Positions 37,640-51,753 of a stretch of 64,000 bases of DNA are shown in pieces (within the stretch, counting starts at the first letter, position 1; each line of letters starts with the position of its first letter). The position numbers were made by a program, and so were the translations under genes. Under the pieces are notes generated by a model, which worked only from the letters and a program-made list of their open reading frames with translations, had not been told where the DNA came from and searched no databases. Source of the stretch: Balanoglossus misakiensis (Eukaryota > Animalia > Hemichordata); assembly GCA_040954595.2 (NCBI GenBank), contig CM082579.2, positions 12,091,834 to 12,155,833 of the forward strand. The letters are read 5' to 3'.

Positions 37640-40600
37640 GAGGAACTTTCCGTAAAATCTGACAAGACTACAGTGGGTCAAAGTTGAGGATTACTGAAAT
37701 GGATGTACATTACTACTGTTACTACAACTGATCATTGAGAGGGAAGTATTATGTTTTATTTATTCATACTGTGTATTTTATTCTTTTGCCTGAAAGTGTA
37801 CAGCATAAGACAGGATGATTCAGGATTGCCGCAAAACATGGTAAGCATCTGCTATTAATGCTATTCAGTTTGGGTGTTTTTCCATGATGTTGAAATGCAA
37901 ATTTGTCATAAGGATGGTGTCAATCTGTGCATGAAATGATTATTGAGAACTGTATAATGCATAGATCAAAGAGTAACTTCCACTGAACACCAGTGCATTG
38001 GGTTTTGTCATCATAAAGGTATGATTGTAGTTTGCAGAATGGAGGGTGATTTAAGACAGAACATTTAATGAAGAGTGATTCAGGGACAGGGCTAACAGTA
38101 TCAGGTGTATGAAAATTATAATGTTGGGGTTTTGCAGGCTAAGGTATGATAAAGTTTCAAAATACATATAAAACAAGAATATCCCTTGTATAAATGATTC
38201 AGTACAAATATGATAGGTAATAATAATGTGCACAATGATGATGATGATAATAAGATGAGATGATGATGATAAAAATGTAAATATTTAAAATGACGATGAT
38301 GATGATGGTGATGTTGATGGTTATGTTATAATAATTAAGTAATAGTAATGATGATGATGAATACTGCTGCTGGTGATGATGATCATACTACATGTACTTT
38401 ATAGCTGTGTAAGAAGGACACTATTAATAGTTTCTGAATATTGTATGTAATCATGGTATTGTCAGATTTAAATGGATCTTTTGGATACTTCGAGATGAAA
38501 AGGCTGGAAAATGAATATGTTTCGAATTGTACAGGTGGTGATTATTTGATTCTTAATGGTCTTTATTTAATCCAGATTAATTGCAATAATATTGTCCTGT
38601 TAGACTTGGCACTGTGGTTGGAGTGGTATAAAGTAACAGAACAATAATGTTAGTGAAGGTTTAATTTAACCATAAAAATAACACAGAGATGTATTTTCAT
38701 CTAAACAGTCAACCGCATTCATCTTAAATATTCATCAGAATAGGTAGCCTAAACACTATGCATAGTTGATATTGCATACTTTGTGATTCTGTGTACAGAG
38801 TTTTGTGAGACAGATGATCCTGTGGACAAATTAAAGTAAGATGAGCCCAGTACATAGAGCTGTTGGTGAAAACATTTATGACTGGTGTATGTATATAAAC
38901 ATCATTGACATAGCTGTTATTGTTAATTAAATACAGTTTTCTTTTTTTTCTAGGAATGTGCATCTTATGATTCCCAGTTCTTCTATCATTTTAATGTTGC
39001 TTGATATGTGCATACATATCCTGTACTTGTGCTAATTTTTACACTGTAATGCAATGACATTGCAGTTAGATTGACTTTGGTATTTAACATTTTTTTGTAT
39101 AATATTCCATTTCAGCATCTAAGTAATAACCATATTTAAATCAGAATACATACATTTCTTTTTACTTGAATCTGATTACAGGTGATATGCTTGATTGCTG
39201 ATGCTTCATTATGGCATCATAACAAAAGATGTCATTTGCACATGCACTTACTGTTATGTGTATAGTACTAGTTGTTTTGCTGAGATTGTCTGAAAACTCA
39301 TGTTTGTAATGCAATGACTCTGCAGTTATATAGACTGTGGAATTAATGTGTTTTTGTATAATATTCCATGTGGTTGTCCCCATTCTGACCTGGCCAGTCA
39401 GATATGGGGATGTTATTACATACCTTGCACTCACAAACATGACATACTACATACCATGCACTCACAAACATGATGTAACCACTCACACAGAGTGGTGATT
39501 AGTATAAGTTTCTGATTTTTCAAACTTGTATATTTTTGATCACATTTGTATTGGATGCATGATTTCATTCCAGATTATTAAATAAACATTGCATAATATA
39601 AGATTTGTATTTCAGATGTGTACCCATGTATTTTATTGTGTTTCATACCATCCAGTCAATTTCACCAACAGCTCTTTGTCTCTCCCCCCCCCCTTTCATC
39701 AATTAAGTGAGCACTCATTTTGTATCGGAAAGCAATTTACATAGCTCTTGTTTTGAGAATTGCAGTAATTTAGTAAATCAGCATTGAGAATTACTGGTAT
39801 ATAATGTCAGCTATGCATAATAATAATAATTACCATTTGAAAGTTTAATTTTAGTAATATTACAATATTCTTGGACTTACAAATTTATGTACTGATAATA
39901 ATAAACTTATAATATTTAATTAAGAGTATAATACAGCTAGTTTAATAAATGAGAGACTATGGACTTTGTAGAATGTCATTGGTTAAAAGTTTCTGATTTT
40001 CATGGGTCATCTAATATTTTGATTTTATTCCTGTAATGTTTTGATTGTGGTGGCAGTTTTGATGTTAATTGTTAATTCTATTTGTTTATTCATGGTGATG
40101 AGGTTGATGGTTTTTACTGATTTTGATGGCGGTCATGATGATGATGATGATGATGCTAAAAATAACAACAGTAATAATCATTAAGATGATGATGATAATA
40201 ATTAAACAATTAACGACTTATTCTGCAGTTTGTATGGATAATAGGTCAAGTTGCCTCAGTCAAAAAGCAAAATTTAGTAATTATGTATGATGATATTAGG
40301 GGATAACTACTGAAATTAATAGTTTTTACAATTTTGAGGAGTGTGTAGTTTTCTTGAACTCGTAAATTGAGAGATGATTTTCTAGTGGGAACTAAAACTT
40401 GTAAGTGGTATAATATAGCAATTAAATAATATGTAGAAATGGGGTAACTGCATATTAATTTGTTGATAATTTGTTGAATTTTTAGTCCCCATGGGACAAT
40501 GTAATTAACAATGATTTGTTAACTGGGTAGTGGTCCATGTTTCCCCTGTGGAAGTAGAGAGTTTTATGTTTTCTATGTCTATTTGGTAATTAAGTAAGTT

Positions 40601-43600
40601 TTAAACACATCCAGTCTGTGATTATGAATTAACATTTATTATTTATTATTTGTTACAGGTGCTGGGGTTTGTTAGCCACCAATTTGCAGTCCAGAGCAGT
40701 CAGTTACAATTGTCTATTTACACAGTTTTTCTTATTTGTTTCAGATTTCCATGATGCAATACATCCTCCAGCCCAGACGCCAAAATGGTAACCAGGTAAC
40801 ATGACTCCTGTGGTGTGAGTATGCAAATTTAAATGTGTAGGAGCAGCCCTTGAAGTACAAAATATCTATAAACCACAATGAAGATCTGAATGTCACAAAA
40901 GGCCAAGTTTTGTCCATACATTCAAGAACAACAGTATAGTGTCTTGTATTGTTCCTGAAGCTTGGAGCTCATCTGTCCATGGATACATTTTATTGTCGTT
41001 TTGTTTGATGCAAAAATACTTATTGACATATTTTTCATCTTTGCAGATTTCTCTCTGATGATTGAACATCTGCCAACCCAGATCTTAATTGCTGTAAACC
41101 AGCCAAGCAGATTTCAAAAGGTGACAATTCAAGCTGCAATCATCATTAGTGTGGTGTATGGTACAATTATTCTAATATGACAACCACAATTGCAATAAAT
41201 CTTGGCATATAGACGATGTTCTGTGACATATATATGCTCCCATAGGGTTCAACCTCTGAACATTTATACTTAATTTTGTTTAGCAAGCTTTATTGTAGGA
41301 GTACAGGCTAGACTAGCTGCAGCTATTTCCTGACTCCATATTTACCCACCACGTAAGAAGAGTCTTCTTTACAATATGTACCCTTTTATATTTGGGTAAA
41401 TAAACATTATTGTTATTATTTATTTTGCAGTTTGGTCTGGTCCTGGTCCTGTCCTGGTCAGTTGGTTAAATAATATGCTTCTCGACACAGCTTCTAGATG
41501 GAACAGTAACAACAACACTTTATTCAGTCATGTCGTCAGCAACAAGCATCGTGGGACCGTGAACAATGACCTGAGACCGTACCATTCCACCACAGGTAAG
41601 TATTCTGATAACACCTCCCCTTTTTAGGTCCCAGTTGGTTATATGTATATGTATGAATTGCGAGAGGTATATAGTTGACAAAACCCAAAAGGTGCTGTAT
41701 TAATTCCCTTTTTGTCACTTGGTTGTAGCATTGACAATTGCTGACACCTGAGCAGGATCTATCTAATATCCATCTCCAGTGAGTAGTTGACCCATGGAAG
41801 GTAAGTATTCCTTTCGTCTTAGCGTGAATTTCTTTTTGTTCAGTTTGAGGTTTTATCAAGTTCTTGTCATGGTCTGTCAGTGCTTCATCCATTAGTGTCT
41901 TCGTGTCCATAACACTGAATGTCATCTTCTATTTTTTTTCGACTTCAGTGAGTTCAGGCAATACTTCATTTTAAATATGTTAGGTTTGTACATACTCCTC
42001 CGTAGCAATTAATGTCTGCGTATCTTGTGTAAAAAAATCATGCTAATCACAAGTTGTTGCTGTCTATTAACCTCCCCACACTTCTGTCAACTCTTCTGAT
42101 GTTATGGGTGGTAGGTTAAAGAATATGCAAAGCACACAGCTTCCAGATGGAACAACAACAATGTCATCAGCAATAAGCGTCGCACACAGCTTCCAGATGG
42201 AACAACAACGATGTCATCAGCAACAAGCGTCGCACACAGCTTCCAGATGGAACAACAACGATGTCATCAGCAACAAGCGTCGCACACAGCTTCCAGATGG
42301 AACAACAACGATGTCATCAGCAACAAGCGTCGCACACAGCTTCCAGACGGAACAACAACGATGTCATCAGCAACAAGCGTCGCACACAGCTTCCAGACGG
42401 AACAACAACGATGTCATCAGCAACAAGCGTCGCACACAGCTTCCAGACGGAACAACAACGATGTCATCGGCAACAAGCGTCGCACACAGCTTCCAGATGG
42501 AACAACAACGATGTCATCAGCAACAAGCGTCGCACACAGCTTCCAGACGGAACAACAACCATGTCGTCAGCAACAAGCATCGCACACAGCTTCCAGATGG
42601 AACAACAACCATGTCATCGGTAACAAGCGTCGCACACAGCTTCCAGATGGAACAACAACCATGTCATCAGCAACAAGCGTCGCACACAGCTTCCAGATGG
42701 AACAACGATGTCATCGGCAACAAGCGTCGCACACAGCTTCCAGATGGAACAACAACCATGTCATCAGCAACAAGCGTCGCACACAGCTTCCAGACGGAAC
42801 AACAACCATGTCGTCAGCAACAAGCATCGCACACAGCTTCCAGATGGAACAACAACGATGTCATCAGCAACAAGCGTCGCACACAGCTTCCAGATGGAAC
42901 AACAACGATGTCATCAGCAACAAGTGTCGCACACAGCTTCCAGACGGAACAACAACGATGTCATCGGCAACAAGTGTCGCACACAGCTTCCAGACGGAAC
43001 AACAACGATGTCATCGGCAACAAGCGTCGCACACAGCTTCCAGACGGAACAACAACGATGTCATCAGCAACAAGCGTCGCACACAGCTTCCAGACGGAAC
43101 AACACCGATGTCATCAGCAACAAGCGTCGCACACAGCTTCCAGATGGAACAACACCGATGTCATCAGCAACAAGCGTCGCACACAGCTTCCAGATGGAAC
43201 AACAACGATGTCATCAGCAACAAGCGTCGCACACAGCTTCCAGATGGAACAACAACGATGTCATCAGCAACAAGCGTCGCACACAGCTTCCAGATGGAAC
43301 AACAACGATGTCATCAGCAACAAGCGTCGCACACAGCTTCCAGATGGAACAACAACGATGTCATCAGCAACAAGCGTCGCACACAGCTTCCAGATGGAAC
43401 AACACCGATGTCATCAGCAACAAGCGTCGCACACAGCTTCCAGACGGAACAACAACGATGTCATCAGCAACAAGCGTCGCACACAGCTTCCAGATGGAAC
43501 AACAACGATGTCATCAGCAACAAGCGTCGCACACAGCTTCCAGATGGAACAACACCGATGTCATCAGCAACAAGCGTCGCACACAGCTTCCAGACGGAAC

Positions 43601-45922
43601 AACAACGATGTCATCAGCAACAAGCGTCGCACACAGCTTCCAGACGGAACAACAACGATGTCATCAGCAACAAGCGTCGCACACAGCTTCCAGACGGAAC
43701 AACAACGATGTCATCAGCAACAAGCGTCGCACACAGCTTCCAGACGGAACAACACCGATGTCATCAGCAACAAGCGTCGCACACAGCTTCCAGATGGAAC
43801 AACCATGTCGTCAGCAACAAGCATCGCACACAGCTTCCAGATGGAACAACAACCATGTCATCGGTAACAAGCGTCGCACACAGCTTCCAGATGGAACAGT
43901 AACAACAACAACCATGTCGTCAGCAACAAGCATCGCACACAGCTTCCAGATGGAACAACAACCATGTCATCGGTTACAAGCGTCGCACACAGCTTCCAGA
44001 TGGAACAACGATGTCATCGGTAACAAGCGTCGCACACAGCTTCCAGATGGAACAACAACCATGTCATCGGTAACAAGCGTCGCACACAGCTTCCAGACGG
44101 AACAACAACGATGTCATCGGTTACAAGCGTCGCACACAGCTTCCAGATGGAACAACGATGTCATCGGTAACAAGCGTCGCACACAGCTTCCAGATGGAAC
44201 AACAACCATGTCATCGGTTACAAGCGTCGCACACAGCTTCCAGATGGAACAACAACCATGTCATCGGTTACAAGCGTCGCACACAGCTTCCAGATGGAAC
44301 AACGATGTCATCGGTAACAAGCGTCGCACACAGCTTCCAGATGGAACAACAACCATGTCATCGGTAACAAGCGTCGCACACAGCTTCCAGACGGAACAAC
44401 AACCATGTCATCGGTTACAAGCGTCGCACACAGCTTCCAGATGGAACAACGATGTCATCGGTAACAAGCGTCGCACACAGCTTCCAGATGGAACAACAAC
44501 CATGTCATCGGTAACAAGCGTCGCACACAGCTTCCAGACGGAACAACAACCATGTCATCGGTTACAAGCGTCGCACACAGCTTCCAGATGGAACAACGAT
44601 GTCATCGGTAACAAGCGTCGCACACAGCTTCCAGATGGAACAACAACCATGTCATCGGTAACAAGCGTCGCACACAGCTTCCAGATGGAACAACAACCAT
44701 GTCATCGGTAACAAGCGTCACACACAGCTTCCAGATGGAACAACCATGTCGTCAGCAACAAGCATCGCACACAGCTTCCAGATGGAACAACAACCATGTC
44801 ATCGGTAACAAGCGTCGCACACAGCTTCCAGATGGAACAACAACCATGTCATCGGTAACAAGCGTCGCACACAGCTTCCAGATGGAACAACGATGTCATC
44901 GGCAACAAGCGTCGCACACAGCTTCCAGATGGAACAACAACCATGTCATCGGTAACAAGCGTCGCACACAGCTTCCAGATGGAACAACAACCATGTCATC
45001 AGCAACAAGCGTCGCACACAGCTTCCAGACAGAACAACAACGATGTCATCGGCAACAAGCGTCGCACACAGCTTCCAGACGGAACAACAACGATGTCATC
45101 AGCAACAAGCGTCGCACACAGCTTCCAGACGGAACAACAACGATGTCATCGGCAACAAGCGTCGCACACAGCTTCCAGACGGAACAACAACGATGTCATC
45201 GGTAACAAGCGTCGCACACAGCTTCCAGACGGAACAACAACGATGTCATCGGTAACAAGCGTCGCACACAGCTTCCAGACGGAACAACAACGATGTCATC
45301 GGCAACAAGCGTCGCACACAGCTTCCAGACGGAACAACAACGATGTCATCGGCAACAAGCGTCGCACACAGCTTCCAGACGGAACAACAACGATGTCATC
45401 GGTAACAAGCGTCGCACACAGCTTCCAGACGGAACAACAACGATGTCATCAGCAACAAGCGTCGCACACAGCTTCCAGACGGAACAACAACGATGTCATC
45501 AGCAACAAGCGTCGCACACAGCTTCCAGATGGAACAACGATGTCATCGGTAACAAGCGTCGCACACAGCTTCCAGATGGAACAACAACGATGTCATCAGC
45601 AACAAGCGTCGCACACAGCTTCCAGATGGAACAACAACGATGTCATCGGCAACAAGCGTCGCACACAGCTTCCAGATGGAACAACAACGATGTCATCGGT
45701 AACAAGCGTCGCACACAGCTTCCAGACGGAACAACAACGATGTCATCAGCAACAAGCGTCGCACACAGCTTCCAGATGGAACAACAACCACGTCATCGGC
45801 AACAAGCATCATACACAGATTCTAGACAAAACAGTAACAACAACTCTTTATTCAGCCATGTCATCAACTGCAAGCATCGTGGGACTATGAACTATGACCT
45901 GAGACTTCACTACTACATTCAG
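37640..45922 (+). other. Possible spliced transcript (lncRNA or orphan protein); candidate exons 37640-37840, 40745-40787, 41047-41160, 41431-41595 and an array-containing unit ending at 45922
   Basis: Polypyrimidine-cAG acceptors and GT donors in one orientation (ttcttccag|, catg|gtaagc, ttttgcag|, acag|gtaagt, tcag|gtatgt); no recognisable protein family. Confidence 0.35.
42131..45810. repeat. 50-bp minisatellite array, ~74 units, with 47-bp variants
   Basis: Unit gcacacagcttccagaYggaacaacaacgatgtcatcagcaacaagcgtc, repeated almost perfectly. Confidence 0.98.
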
Positions 45923-48299
45923 GTATGTATCCTGATAACTCCATGTGGTCACCAGGCAACCATCATTTTCACACAAAAAATTCAAGTGCAGCGCCATATG
46001 TCAGACATGCTTGAACCGATTCTGTTCTGACTTCATACAACCATGATGTACAGTAAACCGTCGATTATCCGAACGTCGATTATCCGCACTGTTTGGCTAT
46101 CTGAACTCATTCTGTGTGCCCCCCCCCCAAATTCTACCTGTTGGCGTATTCCTTGCTTGATTATTGTTTGATATTCACGGCCCTGGCTGTCAAAGGATGG
46201 CATTATAGTACAGCACTTTCCTCTTTATTAAAGTTATTTCTTTAAACAACTTTACCGCCCATTAGCCTTTTGTTTTAATTCTGAAAGTGTTAATGTTTTG
46301 TATCCTCGGGTATGAATTGTTTGGATGCAATCAAAAGAGGTGTGAAAATAAACCGCTCAACAATGGCACTGTTCATTCAGCCGCATAGGTTATGTCAGCC
46401 TTGCTAAAAGGTTACGACCAGTGGTTGACTTCTTCTTAAACATTTGCGGCATTTTGCAGCATTTTGTCAAAACTTGAAAGTGTTAGGTAGAAGTGGGTTT
46501 CAGGAAATGACACCATTTGTAGTTCCAGTAGTGATCTGGTAACATCGTCGAACCAGCATCGCTCTACATCCGCCATTTATACAGTCTAAGTGTCATCATG
46601 GCTGTGTCATCAATGAAACACTAGCATCACATCCTTGACCTCAACACCGTCATTCTTTTTTTTTTCAATTATCTCATAACTTTGCTTTGTACACAAGACA
46701 TTATCTCATTGGATGTTGTCACTTCCTGGGCCCCCTTTTTTATCCCCTGTCCAGTGTTAGACATGAGCACGTTTTTGTTTCTGTGTGGAAGTTAATGTCT
46801 CTTTGTTGCTTTGATAAATCAATACAAGGTAAGTGTAATGTCCTCTTTCTGTTAATTATAGGAAAGAAGAGGATACATGTATGAATTCAAAAGCCGGTGC
46901 ATTGGATGATGTGTGTTACTGACTTCAACCAACTGTGTTTGATTTCATTGTCATTTTAAGGACAGAACTTCTACCATGATCCTTACCTGAGTTATATGAT
47001 CCATATTACAAATGTAATATTCCTATAGCATTTTTTGGTGATTGTGTCCTGGAGAGAGAGGGAGCAGGTTAAACTTAAATTGCAATGTGTACATTTCAGT
47101 ATATCACCACTACTTCAAGTTTGACATTGAAATAGAACATTTTCAAATAAATCCCATCCTATTTTTATTGCAGTCCTAAAATCCAATCTTATCACTTTAT
47201 TGCTGTCCTAAAATTCAAACCTGTTTCTTTATTGCAGTCCTAAATTATCACTACGATTTGTTCAGCATAACCTGAAGGTTGTTGGGTCCTCTAGGCACAA
47301 TAAGCATTGCGCGTAACAAGCACTGTGTGTAAATTAAGACTAATTGCACTGGATACAGCAACCTTCAGGTGTTTACCATTTAGCCTATAAATACAACGCA
47401 TAATTGCACCCAGGTAAACTTTCAATAAGCTGAATGGTAAACAAATAAAAAGAAATGACAGCATTGTTTTGGTATTCATTATTTATTTCTTTGAGAATTT
47501 GATGCATCCCTTATCAATCAGGGGCTCAGACGCTCATAAAATCAAAACATTAGGAGCTGCAAAAGACTCGAAAAATTGAATTATGGAATAAATACCTTGA
47601 AATAAAATTGCAGAAAAATATTGATATAAACCTTGTTTGAAACAGTTGTGTTTAAAGAACAAGCATGACAATTAAAAGTACACACCATTGCACATTGGTT
47701 TGACTTGCTCTCTCTATTAACTTCAATTGTCATTTTTTTCCATAATTGTATATGGGCATGATTTTCTAGTATGTACATTTTAAAAGTATGATTCATTAAT
47801 GTAGAAGAATTAGAGGTTAAATAGCAATATGATACAAAATTGGCACTCACTGTCATAGGAGTTTTTCATAGCCAAAGGGGATCTATAGGTGACTGCTTAT
47901 TCTTTTTTTCATTGCATCTTCTTGTGAATTTTTTTATAAACCTAGAACTTGAACTTAAATATGCAAATCTTAAACAATGATGCCGGCCTATGAAATCTTG
48001 TGCATAACACTTATGAATTTTTAATTAGTCATGTGACCTAGTTGCCATCTTGGATTGAAATTTCAATAGGACCTGTTTTGCATCAGAAATGAGGAACAAA
48101 ATTCTGTTATCTTGCCTTGTACACCATTATGGCCAGTATCCAAATTTCAAGGTCCTAGTTCATTTGGGTTTTGAGAATTATTCATGACCTATGACCAAAC
48201 ATAGGCCTATACTTTTACAGTTAAGCTATGGCAACATCTTATTCTGGCATCCTGGGCAGCCAGTGTCTGACCAGCATGAGACCAAAATTAAAGCCAAAT

Positions 48300-49260
48300 T
48301 TGGAGGTTTCCCCCCTGACCTTTGACCCTCATTGGATAAGTGCATGTCTAATTCTAGGGTAGCCAATAGAACAAAGGACTAGTTTTTTGACATACGAGTA
48401 GAGGAGGAACATGCAAATTTTGGCATTATCCATTGACCTTTGACCCTCATTAATTATGCATGTATCTAATTCCATGCGAACAAATAGACCTAGAAAGCTG
48501 ATTCGTGCTGGACAGGTGGCATTATGGGACGAAATGATTTTGCCAATACCCCCCTCCCCCCAGTATGTTACGTGACCTCCATAACCTTTGACCCTAGTAT
48601 CACATAAATGTGAATTACTACATAACTATAACACCTAAAAGCTTCATATTTGGTGGGATTGAAGCAAACATGTTTACAAGTTATCCCCTGACCTTTGACC
48701 TCATCAATTATGTGCATATGTAATTCTTGGCTAACTAACGGCTGGTGGTACAGATTATTGTTAACATGTACTAGTATGGTACTATAATTTGATGGTTAAT
48801 TTCAGGACCCCCTTGACCTAAGTTGACATCATTAAATATGTGCATATCTAATTCTAAACACTTTGGCATCAACATTTTGTTGACAAATTTTGTTGACATG
48901 GACTTGGCCCTTGCCTTTCTTGCATTTGGTTCAACTGCTTGGACCCCTTCAAGGGTGCTTGCAGCTTTAATTTTATTGTTTGTTTGTTATTAGGGGCCAA
49001 AGCTGTGGGCTTTCATAGGTTTTTGTTCTTTCCACTTCTTTCTTTCTTTTCAATTCTTTGATAGCCTGGATCTCGAAACCACTGCAAGTACACTTCTCAA
49101 ACTTGCCAGAGTGGTCGAGGTCAATGAGTAGTTGTCCATTGAACATACAATTGTTAATTCGTCACATGACCTGACAGCTAAATTTCAGAACCCCCTTGAC
49201 CCTATGTTGACCTAATTAATTAGGAGCATACCTAATAATAGGCCCCATCAATCCTGCTTG
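48300..49260. repeat. Interspersed repeat with internal ~120-bp subrepeats (tgacctttgaccc..attatgtgcat.tctaattc); related copy at ~35480-35720
   Basis: Motif recurs at about 48316, 48435, 48582, 48689, 48814 and 49197. Confidence 0.6.
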
Positions 49261-49312
49261 CAGGTATAATTTCTTTGTTTATGTATTTGTTTATATTGTC
49301 TTGTGTTTATTT

Positions 49313-49368
49313 GTTCATTCATTCATTCATTCATTCATTCATTCATTCATTCATTCATTCATTCATTC
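49313..49368. repeat. (TTCA)n microsatellite, with adjacent (ATCC)n and (GTAT)n runs
   Basis: Direct reading. Confidence 0.95.
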
Positions 49369-49911
49369 ACTCACACATTTTTTTATGTTTTTATTATTTG
49401 TTTGTTTATCCATCCATCCATCCATCCATCCATCAATCCATTCATTTATTTTGTTTATATTTTTAAATGCAATTGTGTGTTTGTGTATGTATGTATGTAT
49501 GTATGTATGCATATACTTGCATGTATATTGTATATTTGTGTGAGTGATCCAAATTACTTTAATTCTGTAGAGCATCTTGATAAGCAGTTACTTATCACTG
49601 CCCAAACCTTTTTAGATTTGTCATGGCAAGACACCATTGTTTGTGTCTGGGAGTTTTATTGTTGAACTGGTTATCGTGGACTTCAGTAGTTGTATTGGGC
49701 ATATGTGATTGCTATTCATTTTTTGTGGGTTTGAATTTCATGACTTTTTGGGTGTGTGGGAGTTCTGTGGTTGTATTTTGACAACTGTGATTGCCATGGC
49801 TGTATTTTGCTTATATATTTTGTATTTTGAATTTTCATGATGTTTTGGGTGTTCAGGGTTCAATTTTGGTATCTCCGATTGGCATGGCTGTATTTTTGAA
49901 TTCCTATGTGT

Positions 49912-50580
49912 CAGTAGGCCTCCGTCAGTCGGTACTGACTATATGGATATTGTGCCAGAGAAAGTCATGATGTTGCTTAGCGACAGCGACTGCTGTGGCT
50001 TTTGAGGGAGCGGCAATCTCTCTGCCACATTTGCTGCAGATGTGGATTGTTTGGGTATCTTCTTGGGTGCATGCCTTCTGCTTGGCTCTCTTTTCACTGG
50101 CTGTGGTCAGGATTTCTTCCTCTTCATGACTTCAGCTGCTTGTGAAGAACACTGCTAAAACCTCTTCCCAATTCTCCGTGTTGATGTCCAGGGCTTTCAT
50201 GTCACACTTGTAGACATCTTTGTAGCCCAGATGGGGGCGACTGTCTCTTCTCTTTTGGGGAATGTGTCCATCCTCCATCCTAGGCACATGGCCTAGCCAC
50301 CAATTCTTGTGTTGCCTAAGAAGTGTGTGAATGTGATAGGAAGACCTGCACGCTCTAGGACCTGGCCATTGGTAATTTTGTCACTTCCAGTGGATGCCAA
50401 GGATATAGTGAAGATAATGCAGATGGAAGCTGTTCAGTTTGCGCTCCTGTTTCGGGTTGGTCCTCCATGTTTCGCTGCCATTGAGGAGAGTGCTGATGAT
50501 ACACACTTTGTACACTGCCATCTTGGTTGACGTCTGGGAGTCCTCTGTGGTTGCTATCTGATGAAGCAGGTTCACCATCC
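49912..50580 (-). mobile_element. 5'-truncated RTE-clade LINE (end of ORF and 3' UTR)
   Basis: TKMAVYKVCIISTLLNGSETW..QERKLNSFHL..ILGIHW, then GHVPRMEDGHIP and RPHLGYKDVYKCDMKALDINTENWE, the characteristic RTE C-terminus; frameshifted. Confidence 0.85.
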
Positions 50581-51060
50581 TTGCAGAAGAAGTCACAAGA
50601 TTGCAGTCCCTCTTCAACTCATCTATATCTTTGCGCGCGCTGTTTTTGCTTCCTCCAATGTACTTTCCCATATTATAAATAAAAAATATGTATGCGTGTG
50701 TGAACTTTTTAACATTCATGTATATGTTTCCTCAGTGTTAGAGGGTACGTCTTGAATGAAGTTTTCCCAATGGCTATAACAGATGAGAAGGTTTCAATTT
50801 GCAATATATTTGAGAATACCATATACATAACTGACCCAATTTGATGATGAAAAATAATTGCAATAGATCCTTCAAGTCCAGTGTAGTTTCCTGGGATCAG
50901 TTCATTAGTTGCTTTTCGTATGTGTGTGGAGTGTTCAACAGTTTGATATACTGGTATAAGTTTACTCGATGATGACATAGTTAAGATTTTGATATAAGAT
51001 TTTTGATGTGTGTGTGTATGATTGTGTTTTTGTTCAGATTATTTTACACATTTTAGCATA

Positions 51061-51159
51061 CAGTGAAATCTGTCCTTGCGGACACCTCTCTATTAGAAGA
51101 CCTGTCTACTACGGGCAGATGTTCTGGTGCCAGAGGTCATTAATAGCCAGGTTTCACTG
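51061..51159. mobile_element. Small Tc1/pogo-type MITE
   Basis: ta|cagtgaaatctg ... caggtttcactg termini. Confidence 0.55.
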
Positions 51160-51753
51160 TGCATATGCATTGTGTGAGTGTTTACAGTCCGTTGATTTTG
51201 TGATGAAAATTTTCTTTATAAAAACATAAATAATGTGTTTGCAGAAGCCATATATGTATAATTGTTTTGTTTGTATTGGGGGGGGGCATTAAAGCTGTAA
51301 ATTCGCTCATAAATTGATTGGCATGGAGTTCATGCATCATGGCTTACATGCAACACATTATTTACACTTTTTGAACAATACAAAACTTATCAATGAGATA
51401 TTTACGTCTTTTAATAGTTTTTGATATTTTATACACATACGGTTTTCAGTTATTATTTATTTGAACATTCATCTTTTTCCTCAATGTTTGGGGGTCTTTA
51501 ATGAACTTTTGCCAATGGCATTATCAGATGAGATTTTAATTTGCTCTTGCTTGACATTGTCAAGTATTTAATACTTGTGGATCACTTTTGATACGTACAT
51601 AAATAATGTGTTTGCAGACGCCATATATGTATAATTGTTTTTTTTTTTTTGTATTTCGGGGGGGGGGGGGGGGGGCATAAAAGCAGTAAATTCGCTTATA
51701 AATTGATTGGCATGGAGTTCATGCATCATGGCTTACAGGCAACACATTATTTA

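Noticed and set aside
42131-45810. CRISPR array or long protein-coding genes suggested by the ORF track
   Set aside because: There are no unique spacers and the context is eukaryotic; the overlapping ORFs arise because a stop-free 50-nt unit cycles through all frames.
42131-45810. Tandem hammerhead ribozymes (CTGATGA in the minus-strand unit)
   Set aside because: No GAAA core and no stem II/III pairing; many units mutate the motif.
49275-49665. Hydrophobic ORFs (FIHS repeats); likewise 28031-28225
   Set aside because: Translations of microsatellites.
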